A DNA stretch of 64,000 nt from assembly GCF_018977255.1 (NCBI RefSeq), contig NW_024704742.1, positions 85,066,001 through 85,130,000 on the forward strand, read 5' to 3'. This DNA comes from Callorhinchus milii (lineage: Eukaryota). Positions 26,700 to 38,450 of this stretch are shown here, in pieces; positions within the stretch are counted from its first letter, which is position 1, and every line of letters starts with the position of its first letter. The notes below the pieces were generated by a model, which saw nothing but the letters and a program-made list of their open reading frames with translations, did not search any database and was not told where the DNA came from. The position numbers and the translations under genes were made by a program.

Positions 26700-27142
26700 A
26701 TAATAATAATCCTTGCATTTGATATAACAACAACAACTTGGATTTATATAGTGCCCTCCTCGCTGGATGGCGTCTCAGAGTGCTTTACAGTAACGGATCC
26801 CAGGACCGAGCCAGGGAGAGGGGGGGTGAAGGTGACCAAAGGCGTGGTCGAAAAGAAAGGACTCAGCAGGGACCTGAAAATGGGAAGGGAGGTAGTGAGA
26901 CGAAGGGAGTGAGGAAGGCAGTTCCAGAGCCTCGGGGCATAGTGGATGAAGGCACGGCCGCCGAGGGTGGAGCGGAGGATTCGGGGGACGAGGAGGAGGC
27001 CAGACCCGGAGGAACGAAAGCAACGGTTACTGTTTTGACTTATCACATCGTTGAGACGTCTCAAAGAGTTTCACAGGATATACTGTAAAGTGAATTGACT
27101 GTATTTTGTGAGTGAAACACGGCAGCCAATTGCACACAGCAG
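26700..27142 (-). mobile_element. SINE 3' part interrupted by an L2 (second subfamily) 3' fragment at about 26727-27025
   Basis: SINE tail taataatccttgcatttgatata, then the L2 (AAC)n tail and RSSGSGLLLVPR...YAPRLWNCLP, then the SINE resumes at cttatcacatcgttgagacgtctc. Confidence 0.85.
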
Positions 27143-28299
27143 TTCAATTCAACTTCAAAGAAATTCAGTTCAGATGCCTCAAGGACAATATTTGGGGGAT
27201 AGAAACGTTTTGAAGTAAGATGAAATTCAAAAATTTGAGTACACCAACCACTTTTTAGAGAGGTAGAAAAGTGGAGGAGGTTGTTCCCTCCCATCAACCA
27301 TGTGTGAATCAACACCAGTGCTTTAGATGAAGTGTCTCCTTTAACACTCAGGCAGATATTAATGAACAGCATTCCTACTTCTGCAATAATACATTTATAA
27401 TTTAGTAAAATACTCTCTCTTTAAAACGTTCTTTAGAAGTCATGGAAATCTGGTTGTGTGATTTAGAGGCAGCTTCATTAACCAGGGTATGTGTTGTGTA
27501 CAATCCATCTTACATCGATGAGGAGTTAACTGGGTGTCTTCTAATGAGACTTTCTGGAATGCAAACACATTTTAACTATGCTTCCTGGTGCAGTTGCTGC
27601 ACTTCTGTTGTCCTGATAAGTGTACTAATATCAACCAGGAATATTTCTAGGAATATTTTCAGTATATGGGTAATATTTCTAAAAAAACATTCTACAGTTA
27701 TTGGTTTCAGTGTCGCTCGCAATGAATTATCTATTTGAAATAATGCCTTTAATATATTGTAGCTTTCTCTTGTCTACCCTCTCATCCTCCTGGCAGAAAT
27801 CAATAGAAACTGTATGTTGATTTATCTGAATTATCCCCCCTCCCCCCACCAGGATTCCTTTCTTCATGAGAAGAGTAAGATGGCGGTGCTGCCTCGTGGA
27901 TAATTTCACAGTTCCACAGACAGCCTTCAGTGTCTCTGCTTTGTCAACACACTCAGGCACATTCTTGCCTAAAGCAAACATGGGCGCCTGAGGAGAGATT
28001 AGGCTGGGTAAATGTTCTCTCTATGGGGCAGCTGAGTGCAAATACCACTGCTAATGTGTGAGATTCTAAATTTGTTTTCCTAGTTAAAGATCCTGAAACT
28101 ATTTGAAAAGAGAATAGAGCTTCCCTTGGTGACCTGGACATTGCTGGCCATGTTTGCCTACAAATACACAGTATCTACGCCTGGGTAGGGCAAATCCCGT
28201 GAAGCGCTTTGTAAAATCTTGACGCCTGATAAGGCTGTGTATCAAATGGAAGTTTTTATTTAGTAGAAACTAATATATTAATAAAGTGACAGCAGGTAT

Positions 28300-28670
28300 G
28301 TGGAGTCCTGTAGCTTAATGGTTAGAGCACTCGCCTCGCAAGTGAGAGGACCTGAGTTCGATTTTCAGGCGGGGCGAAACGTTAGGAAAGTTTCCTTGCT
28401 CCACACACCTCTGTTTACCTAGCAGTAAATAGGAACCCGGTTGTTAGTCGATTGGTGGATCGCTTTTCCGGGGGTAATAAAAACACATAAAAATAATAAT
28501 AATTTGGTCACTCAGTCCGCGACTATTTGTGGGACACTCCTGTGCGCAATTGTCTGCCATGTTTTGCCGACAAAATATACAGTCAATTCACTTTACAGTA
28601 TTATGCAACGCTCTTTGAGACGTCCCAATGACATGATAAGATCAACTGCAAGGATTACTATTATTATAAT
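28300..28670 (+). mobile_element. tRNA-derived SINE, full length
   Basis: Head gtggagtcctgtagcttaatggttagagcactcgcctcgcaagtgagag...gttcgatt; tail ends aaggattactattat. Confidence 0.9.
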
Positions 28671-28782
28671 TACCTTTTCACAATTGGTTTGGATGCTTTT
28701 CTATTTTTTTCTATTGAAGCTCCCAGATGGTAGTTCTGACCTGGAGTTGTTCACCCCCACTTAGATATCTCTTTCCTGTTGT

Positions 28783-28900
28783 ATAATAATAATCCTTGCA
28801 TTTGATATAGCGCTTTTCACGCTTCACAGAATAGACTGTAAAGTGAATTGACCGTATATTTGTGGGCGAAACACGGCAGCCAATTGCACACAGCAGTGCT
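28783..28900 (-). mobile_element. SINE 3' fragment with the hairpin interior deleted
   Basis: aataatccttgcatttgatatagcgcttttcac|gcttcacagaat. Confidence 0.8.
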
Positions 28901-31098
28901 ACAGGAGTTTCTCTTTTCCATCTTTAACAAGTCTTTATTAACAGACCTTTTGCTTCATATTAACAAAAGGTTTCAATGTCAGCTTCGAGGCCAGGAATGC
29001 CAGCAGGAGTGCTGAACAAACAAATCATCCTTCCACCCTGCTCACCCGACATTCCATGCCGGCTTGCACCACATTCATGTCACTGGATTAATGACCAGAG
29101 GCATGTCGAGAGCCCTTGGTTACTGTAACACACAATTATTGTTTGATTCTGCAGTGTTCATTTAATAGACAACCAATGCAGGCAGACACTGTAGATCTGA
29201 CTAAAGAGTGAGATGTATGTAAATTTTAAAATGGATTCAACAAACAATGCAGTATATTTAGTGTATCAAATTTGTAAAACCGATTCAAATCCCTCAGCAT
29301 TAACAAACTGGTGCATACCCATCAATAATACATCAGTTTGCAGCAACTCTTGCTCTGTGGTTATGCGCTTGAGTTAAATGATTTAAATCTCACGAGAGAG
29401 TTCCTGATAGGCGATTAGAATTATTACACCCCATTTACTATTTAATTACAAATGGCCAGCGAGAAGTATATTAACTTTTATGAAAATTATAGTGAATTAA
29501 GCATATAGAATTCTTTCTCTTTTCCATACCAGAAATTTCTAAAGAGTTCAAGACTGCAACTTACACTGTTCTTTAAATGTTTCATAGCTTATTAGCAAGA
29601 AATAATTCTTAGCATTTGGGCATGTAATTTTTATTAATTAATTTTCATATAATCAGTCAACTTTAATATAATCGCTGATTATATATGTTTAACTGTGTAC
29701 TACTGCGTGACTCCAAGAAATGCCTGAAGCCAACCTTGGATATGGCCTTTTTTAACTTAAATGATGCCCAGGGGCCAGTTTCCAAAGCTATATTGTATAT
29801 GTTGATTGATATTCCCCAGGAATCAATTACTGATCATCAGATTAATAATCCTTGCCTTTAATATACCACCTATAAAGTCAAAATGTCTGTGTTTCACAGG
29901 GAATTGCTGATAAGTGAAGTGACTATGTATTTGTAGGCAAACTCAGCAGCCAATTTCCACACAGCAAAGTTCTACAGGCAGCCATGAAGTGGCTGATCAG
30001 CTTATCTGGAGGATCTGACACTTTTCGAATAGCCGAAACAATGATTATCCAGCACCTTGGGACGTCTTCCCGGCATGAAAGGTGCTATACAAATGTAATT
30101 TTGTTGTTTAATGTCCACTCCCAATTGGCACTTGGGCTCTGGTTTAATGTCTCATTCAAAGGATGGCACCTCCACCAATGCAGTGATTATATCAGAGTCC
30201 TTAGTGCTGCGGTGAATATGATTGCATCTCAGCAGCACATCAACCCTCTCATACCCACTGCTGACCATTCATTTTACTGAAAGTAGGAATAAAGGATGCA
30301 CACAAATGTTGTATGTTGGGATCAATTCCTAAGAGAAACGTTTCTGTTTTCTTTCCAGTTTTCTCCTCTCTTGAAAGCACTAACTAAACCACATTGGTTT
30401 AATGATCTGCAATGGCCTACAGTATCAGTATTTGAGTAATCAGCACTAAAAGGAGTCTCTTGTGTGATGTTTTAATTGATATGAGAGCAGTCACAGTGGT
30501 AGATAATGCCCTGTATATTAACTACTGCAGAATAATGTTAGGAAGTCACTACACACAGAGTGAGCTTGGGCAGAAGGGAAAAATGGATCTGGCAGGGCTT
30601 TAAACTATTAATTGTGGGACAGTGCTGTGCACAATTGGCCACCTCGTTTCACCCACAAAATACAGTCAATTCACTTTCCAATATATTCTGTGAAGCGCTT
30701 TGAGATGTCTCAGCGGCATAATAAGGCGCTACATCAAATGCAACGATTATTATAATTGTATTATCCAGAATATTCGATGTTTCACAAACGATTCCCATAG
30801 GTAGTGTTAGTTTGAGCATAAAGCTCATGATAGTGGGAGAATCCAGAGACACTAATGTACTTGGAGGGGAAGCCTCAAATCCTAGACAACACTCCAGGTT
30901 TGAGTGGTAGATCTGTTGTGGTCTAATGTTACAAGAGGCCAAGGGCAGCCTCCCAAGAATGGTGCACAGCAGCAACAAGGAGGCTTCTACACAGTGACTG
31001 AGCAGCTTGCATATTGAGAGACCTTGGTCAGCAATAACAACTTGCATTTATTTATATAGCACCCTCCACGCATAGTAGCTTCTTGGAGCACTCAAGTT

Positions 31099-32140
31099 GT
31101 GGAGCTTGATGCCAATCCAGGGAGAGAGGGAAGGTGGCAATGGCAAACCTTTAAAGATATAGTACATAATTCCCAGCAATCACATATTCCCTTGAGGAAT
31201 AAAAATACCATGGGAAAAGTAGTTCAACCATGGCCAACTAGGGCAGTTAGGGAAAGTTTAAAGTTAAAAGAGACCTTTAATACTACCAAAAAGAGCAGTA
31301 AACCTGAGGATTGGGAGGGCTTCAGAGACCAACAAAGAAAAACTAAGAAACTAATTAGGAGGGAGAAAATGGATTATGAGGGTAAACTAGCTAGGAACAT
31401 AAAGACAGACTGCAAGAGTTTTTATAAATATATAAAGAGAAAGAGACTATCAAAAGTGAATGTGGGTCCATTACATTAATTACTTTAATTAATTACATTA
31501 ATTGAGACATCTAGAAGACGTGAAAAGCGCTATATCAAATGCAAGGATTATTATATTACAGACAGAGACAGAAGGAATTATAATGGAGGATAAAGATATG
31601 GCAGTCATTAAACAAATACTGTGCTTCGGTCTTCACGGTAGAAGACACTGAAAACTGACCAAAAATAGAGGGGAACCAAGAAGCTAATGCAAGTGAGCAA
31701 CTTAGGGAAATTAACATCAGTAAAGAATTAGTACAAGGGAAACTGTTGGGAAATGACAAAATGACAAATCCCCTGGACCTGATGGCCTGCATCCTAGGGC
31801 TTTAAAAGAGGTGGCTGCTGAGATAGTGGATGCCTTGTTTTTGATCTTCCAAAATTCTCTGGATTCTGGAATAGTGGATAACACAATTTAAGAAGGGTGG
31901 GAGAGAGAAGATGGGGAACTATGGACCAGTCAGTCTGACATCGGTGATAGGGAAAATTCTAGAATCCTTAATTAGGGACGTCGTAGTGGGGTACTTAGAA
32001 GACCATAACATGATTAGGCCGAGTCAACATGGCTTTACAAAAGGGAAGTCATGCTTAACAAACCTTGTAGAGTTTTATAAGGATGTAACTAGCAGGTTAG
32101 ATTGGGGGGAAACCAGTAGATGTAGTATATTTAGATTTTC
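31099..32140 (+). mobile_element. CR1-clade LINE ORF2 fragment (left part), containing a SINE tail insertion at 31476-31554
   Basis: Encodes KLARNIKTDCKSFYKYIKRKR...VGPL, a SPGPDG-like segment, and GNYGPVSLTSVIGKILES...SQHGFTKGKSCLTNLVEFY. Breaks off at YLDF. Confidence 0.92.
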
Positions 32141-35100
32141 CGCTACTCCTCCTCTGTCCTTCTCTCCCACCGCCCTCCCCGCCTTCTCTCTCTCCTCGAC
32201 CCCATCACCACTTCCCTCTGCTCCAGCCTGGGCATCCTCCGCTGGGCCCATCATGGCTCCCAGCACTGGCTGTCCCACAGCAGCAACCCCACGTGTCCAA
32301 TCATTCACTCCCTCCGCACAAATCGCTTCCTTAAGGCAAACCCAACTCCCCCTTCCCTCATACATACCCTCCCCAACTCTCCACTCACACCACTCTCCAC
32401 AACCATCTCTCCTGTACACCCCAAAATCCTCTCCGCATCACTCTCTCCTCCCTCCCCCCCGCTCCAGCAAACCCACCCGCATTTCCCTCCAAACCGTCCG
32501 TCCCTCTCAAACAAAGCCCTCGCCATCCACGACCTCATTCTGGACGAGCACCTTGACATTCTTGGGCTCACCGAAACCTGGCTCTCCCCCAGTGACCCCA
32601 TCCGTCTAGTGGAAGCCTCCCCTCCAGGCTACATCTTCTACCACACCCCCCGTCCAAACCAACTTGATGGAGGGGTGGCCTTCATTTCCAAAGCCTCCCT
32701 TGGTCTCACCCCCTAGTCCTCTGGCCGCTTCCCCTCCTTCGAGCACCTCACCCTCTTCCACCCCTCTCTCCCATTGAAAATCATCCTTGTCTACCGCCCC
32801 CCTAAGCCCCCCGGCTCCTTCCACACAGACATCTCTACTCTCCTCTCTTTGCTGTCCCTCTGCTCCGAGCACCTGCTCATAATGGGCGATTTCAACCTCC
32901 ACCTAAACTCCCCCTGCACCACCTCTGCCGACTTCACTGCCCTTCTCTCCTCCCTAAACCTCACCCTTCATATAAATTCACTGACCCACAACCGTGGTCA
33001 GGCCCTTGACCTCGTTATCACCCACGGCCTTGACATTTCCAACCTCAGTATAGTGGACAAGGCCATCTCGGACCACTTCCTCATCTCCTCCTCTTACATC
33101 GCTCTCTCCTCCACCAAGCCCTCAACCATTCTCTACCGCCCTTGGAAAAGGCTACCCCCTGAGACCCTCACAAAGGGCCTAACATCATCAAACATCCTAT
33201 CCCTCCGGCCTTCCACCCGCGGAGACCCTGAAGCAGCCGTCCAGCTGCTCCATGATCGCCTCTCCTCCACCTTCAACTCCCTCATCCCCCTGAAATTCAG
33301 GACCATCTCCAAACCCACCCAATCCCCCTGGAACAACAACCATCTCCGACGCCAAAAAAACCAAACCCGGCTGCTCGAGTGCAGATGGCGGAAAACTGGC
33401 CTGACAGTTCACTGCCAACTGTGGCTCGAGCATCTCCACAGATACTGCCGTTCTTTGACACGCGCAAAAACAACCTTCTACTCCAACATCATCTTGGAGG
33501 CTAAACACAACCCTAAAATCTTTTATTCCACCACCTACTACCTCCTCTGTGCTCCCCCGCTCAGGCCTCCTCAATCTTCATATCAAATGCCAAGTGCGAG
33601 GAGGTCATGGACTTCTTTTCATCTAAAATTCACAACATCCACCAGGCAACCTCATCCACCTGCCTCTTGGCACCCACCACCACGCCCTCTCTGTCCCCCT
33701 CACCCTCCCCATCATCTGCTCCTACCACCACCCCCATCCTACATTCCTTCCTCCCCATCTCTCCCTCCTCCCTCTCACCCACCATCACCTCCACAAAACC
33801 CACCACCTGCTGCCTTGACCTCCTCCCCACCAATTTGCTGGTCACCCAGCTCCCCCTCCTCTGCCCACTACTGGCTGACATCATCAACCAGTCCTTCTCC
33901 TCCAGATCAGTCCCTGCCCCCCTCAAAACTGCTGTCATCACCCCCCCTCCTCAAAAAACCTTCCCTAGATCCCTCAAATCCCAGCCACTACCGCCCCATT
34001 TCTAACCTGCCCTTCCTTGCAAAAGTCCTAGAACGCGTTGTTGCCAATCAACTCCGCGCACACCTCTCCTCCCACTCCCTCTTCGAACCCCTCCAATCCG
34101 GTTTCCGCCCACAGTACAGAGACGGCGCTTGTGAAAGTCTCAAACGACATCCTCTCTATCTGTGACCAGGGCTCCCTCTGCCTCCTTGTCCTCCTGGACC
34201 TCTCCGCCACGTTTGACACAGTCGATCACGCCATCCTCCTCCATTGCCTTTCCTCCGTCATCCACCTCAGTGGGACCGCACTCGCCTGGTTCGAGACCTA
34301 CCTCACAAACTGTCAGCAGTACATCTGCACAAACATCTTCTCCTCCCACTCTCACCTGGTCACCTGTGGGGTCGCCCAAGGATCCATCCTTGGCCCCCTC
34401 CTCTTTCTGATCTACATGCTGCCTCTTAGGGATGTCATCCGCAGACATGGGGTACATTTTCACATGTACGCGGACGACACCCAACTCTATTTTTCCACCT
34501 CTCTTTGGGACCCCCAGTCCCCTGATGTTCTGTCAGTCTGCCTGTCAGATCTCAGGGGCTCGATAGTGCAAATTTCCTTCAGCTGAACGTTGACAAAACG
34601 GAAGCCATACTCTTTGGCTCTCGTCAACGTCTAAAATCTCACGGTTCTCACCTCCTCCACCTACCCGACCTCCCCTTAAAACTCTCCGAATACGTACGCA
34701 ACCTAGGCATCAGGTTTGACCCCGAATTATCTTTCCTCCCCCACATCTGGTCTCTCACCAGCACCGCTTTCTTCCACCTCCGACGCATTGCCTGTCTCCG
34801 CCAATACCTCTCTCCGAAAGCCGCTGAAACCCTGGTCCATCCCTTTGTCACCTCTCGGCTGGACTATTCTAACGCCCTCCTCACCGGCCTCCCCTCCACT
34901 ACCATCCATAAAATCTAGATCATTCAAAACTCTGCCGCCCACATTCTCACCTGCACCAAACTCCGCTCCCCGATCACCCCAGTCCTTGCCAGACTGCACT
35001 GGTTGCCTGTCCCAGAGAGGATCGACTTCAAGATTCTCACCTTGTATTCAAATCTCCACTCCTCTGCACCTCCCTACCTCTCTGACCTCCTCTCTCCTCA

Positions 35101-35382
35101 AAATAGTACCCGTTGCCTTCGTTCCTCCGGGTCTGGCCTCCTCCTCATCCCCCGACTCCTCCTCTCCACCCTTGGCGGCCGTGCCTTCAGCCACTATGCC
35201 CCGAGGCTCTGGAATTCCCTTCCTCACTCCCTTTGCCTCGCTCCCTCTCTTCCTATTTTCAGGTCCCTGATGAAGACCTTTCTCTTCGACCGCGCTTTTG
35301 GTCACCTTCCCCCTCTCCCCCCCCCCCCCCCCGAGACATCGTCCGGCGTGGAGTGTACTGTATAAATCTAAGTCACTGTTGT
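32141..35382 (+). mobile_element. Near-complete, frameshifted L2 ORF2 (APE endonuclease plus RT) nested in CR1
   Basis: APE motifs LDILGLTETWL, IMGDFNLH, LDLVIT and SDHFLI. RT motifs YRPISNLPFLAKVLE, STETAL, LLDLSATFDTVDH, GVAQGSILGPLLF and YADDTQLY. C-terminal LHWLP...APRLWN. Degenerate 3' tail at 35333-35382. Confidence 0.95.
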
Positions 35383-35872
35383 CATTTAAGAAAGGACATA
35401 CTCACCTTAGAGGTGGTGCAGAGTAGATTCACTGGGTTAGTTCCTGGGATGAGGGGTTGATCTTTGAGGATAGGTTGAGTAAACTATCTTCTCTAGAATA
35501 TAGAAGAATTAGGAGTGATTTTATAGGAACATATAAGATTCTTATGGGGCTTGACAGAGTATAGTGTTGAGACTGTTTCCCCTGGTAGGAGAATCTAGAA
35601 CTAGGTTTTGAGATTAAGGGACAGCACTTTTGAACAGAGTTGAGGAAACACTTCTTCACTCAGAGGGTAGTGAATTTATGGAATTCTCTACCTCAGAAAG
35701 CTGGAGATGCAAGACTGAGATTAATAGATTTCTGAGGGATAGAGGGATTAAGGGATCTGGGGATAAGGCGGGCAGATAGAGTTAGGTTAGAAGATCAGCC
35801 ATGATCTTATTGAATGGCGGGGCAGGCTTGAGGGGCTGAATGGCCTACTCCTGCTCCTAATTTCTATTTTCG
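35383..35872 (+). mobile_element. CR1-clade LINE 3' end (right part)
   Basis: Encodes LRKDILTLEVVQSRFTGLVPGMRG. 3' UTR gatcagccatgatcttattgaatggcggggcaggcttgaggggctgaatggcctactcctgctcct. Confidence 0.9.
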
Positions 35873-36204
35873 TATGTGCCGAGGTGACCGTACGCACAAG
35901 CAAAAGAGGAAGGTCTTCAGACGCACTCTGAAGATGGGCTGAGGCAGAGAGCTGTCAGGTAATAGTGGCTGTACGCTAATGGTCGAGCAGAGGGGATGAA
36001 GGACGTGTAGAAGGCTAGAGCTAGCTGAACAAAGTGGGGGGGGAGTGGGGTGTGAGCAAATTGGAGAGGGAGGAAGGAGTCAAGGCACAAACTCCCTTTA
36101 CGTACCTCGTGCTCTTCCTCAAACAGCTCTGGCTGTTGCTATGAACCATTTTTTAGTGGAAGTCACCATGGCTTCAGCAAAGGGATGAAGGGAGTGGATT
36201 TTCT

Positions 36205-36772
36205 CTCCCCTCCACCTCCACACTCTTCCCCCACCCCTGCACTCTTCCCCTCCCCCGCACACTCTTCCCTCCCCCGCACACTCTTCCCTCCCCCGCACAC
36301 TCTTCCTCTCCCCGCACACTCTTCCTCCCCCCGCACACTCTTCCTCCCCCCGCACACTCTTCCTCCCCTCCGCACACTCTTCCCCTCCCCCGCACACTCT
36401 TCCCTCCCCCCCCACTCTTCCCCCCCCCGCACACTCTTCCCTCCCCCCGCACTCTCCCCTCCCCCCGCACTCTTCCCCCCCCGCGCACTCTTCCCCTCCC
36501 CCCGCGCACTCTTCACCTCCCCCCGCGCACTCTTCCCTCCCCCCTGCGCACTCTTCCCTCCCCCCCGCGCACTCTTCCCCCCCCCCGCACTCTTCCCCCC
36601 CCCCGCCACTCTCCCCCCCCGCGCACTCTCCCCCCCCGCACACTCTCCCCCCCCGGCACTCTCTTCCCCGCACTCTCTCCCCCCGCCACTCTTTTCCTCC
36701 CACCCCTCCCCCCCCACTCTTTCCTCCCACCCATTCTTCCCTCCCACCCTTCCCTTCAGCCACTCTTCCCTC
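36205..36772. repeat. C-rich minisatellite (~19-22 nt unit CCCCCGCACACTCTTCC)
   Basis: More than 20 visible units. It produces the spurious Gly/Pro-rich ORFs in the track. Confidence 0.95.
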
Positions 36773-37873
36773 AAAGAATGACTTCTGTTTCCAGCTCTGT
36801 ATTATTACTGGAGTTTTTCTTTGAAATATTCCTCTGTGACTGATTGAAATCTGTGGTTGAGCGCTGGCAGCGTGCTCCACAGGGCAATCCCCACCTGTGT
36901 AAATAGACAGGGTCTCTTTGCACAACTGGTGTTGTTTTGCTCAATTAAATTTGTTTCATTGGGTGCGAGGGATCAGGTAGATTTCACACACAGCCAGTCC
37001 TGTGTAACCTGAACATTGTGGAAACAGCTCAATGCAGGCTCCGAAAACAACCCACGAAGGCAGATTGGTGGAGTCGGCCTATTGTTTGGTGGTCGCTTAA
37101 CTGAATATCAGGATTTTCCTGTCCGTATTCCATCAGGGCCCAAACAGACTGGGAAGGTTCTTAGTCCATGCTCTATAACTAAATTAGCCACTGTCAACTA
37201 GGCTAGGGGACGCTACAATAGACTATAGTGGCTTTTGGCCAGAAGGGGTGAGAGGAGCTGGGGTCCATTTATGATCTGGCTAGTTTGCTAAAAACTGAAC
37301 GTGTGCATGTGTTGGGCGAGGAAAGATTGAGCTTGGCTGTGGTGCCTTCCTCTCCCCGCCCCACCGTTGAAAATACCTGCCAGCACTGGTGGTTCAGGCT
37401 AACACATGAAGAATGAACGAGTGGACAAGGTGAATTACAGATTAGAGGGAAAAAAGGACTTAAAGGATAAGGTAACCAGTCAAGAAATGGCTGTGATGCA
37501 AGGGTCACCCATAAAAGGGATAGCAATTATTGAGAACAGCGTGGCCCTCGGGCAGCATTCGGCCCAGAGGGTGATTTTATCCGGCCTGAGACCATTTCCA
37601 ACTTCACTCCCTCCCTTCCTGGCGAACGCCATCCATGGCAGCAACAGGAGCCGGGGGCTGGGGGGATGCAGCAAGGAGAGTTGGAAATAATGTTGGCCAT
37701 TGCTGCAGTGTGTGCTGGAGCTGAGGGGAAAAAAGAGCCGTCACATTATCCACCGCGTCCTTAGCAGCCTCAAGACCTAACTCTTTGACAACACTTTCAG
37801 TTATCTTTTCCCCTCTAAATCCGACCTCTCTCAACTCCCACCCCCAGCTCCGTTGCCCAGCCAGCAGTGTCAA

Positions 37874-38197
37874 GTGGAGTCCTGTAGCTCAGTGGTTAGA
37901 GCACTCGCTTTGCAAGTGAGAGACCTGAGTTCAATTCCAGGCAGAGGGCGAAACCTTGGGCAAGTTTCCTTACTCCACACAGAGCCTAATAATAATCCCT
38001 CCAAAACCAAAAACAATAATAAATTGGTCATTTTCAATCTACGACTGTTTGTGGGACATTGCTGTGCGCAATTGGCTGCCGTGTTTCGCCCACAAATATA
38101 CAGTCAATTCACTTTACAGTATATTCTGTGAAGCGCTTTGGGACGTCCTCCCGACGTGAAAAGCGCTATATCAAATGCAAGGATTATTATTATTATT
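37874..38197 (+). mobile_element. tRNA-Ala-like SINE, short-body variant with an L2-type tail loop
   Basis: Head tagctcagtggttagagcactcgctttgcaagtgagagacctgagttcaattcc. Lacks the ~60-nt internal segment seen at 21610-21670. Tail agcgctttgggacgtcctcccgacgtgaaaagcgct. Confidence 0.92.
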
Positions 38198-38234
38198 AAG
38201 GACTTTGAGATGTCCTTCCAACATGAAAACAACA

Positions 38235-38450
38235 TAGCCGGGTGGTGTGGCCTTAGTCAAGGGGAAGGTGTCGCCTGGAATGATCTAGGTTTCAGTGAGG
38301 GCGAGGATGTCGATGTGTTCATTGATGATGAGGTCTTGGATGGTGTGTGTTTTGTTGGAGAAGAAACGGACATTTTGTAGACCGATGCGGAGGGGACAGT
38401 TGTTGGCGAAAAGTGGGGGGCGAGGCGGGGGAGTGGGGGAACTGATAAAA
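38235..38450 (-). mobile_element. L2 endonuclease N-terminal fragment
   Basis: Encodes LQNVRFFSNKTHTIQDLIINEHIDILALTET. Confidence 0.8.

Noticed and set aside
36119..36925. Long Gly/Glu- or Pro-rich ORFs (also 370-1003 and 57938-58489)
   Set aside because: These are artefacts of stop-free minisatellites that are open in several frames.
37874..37945. tRNA-Ala gene (and similar heads at 21504, 28300, 59525, 63211)
   Set aside because: There is no paired acceptor stem, and each head runs into a SINE body and tail.
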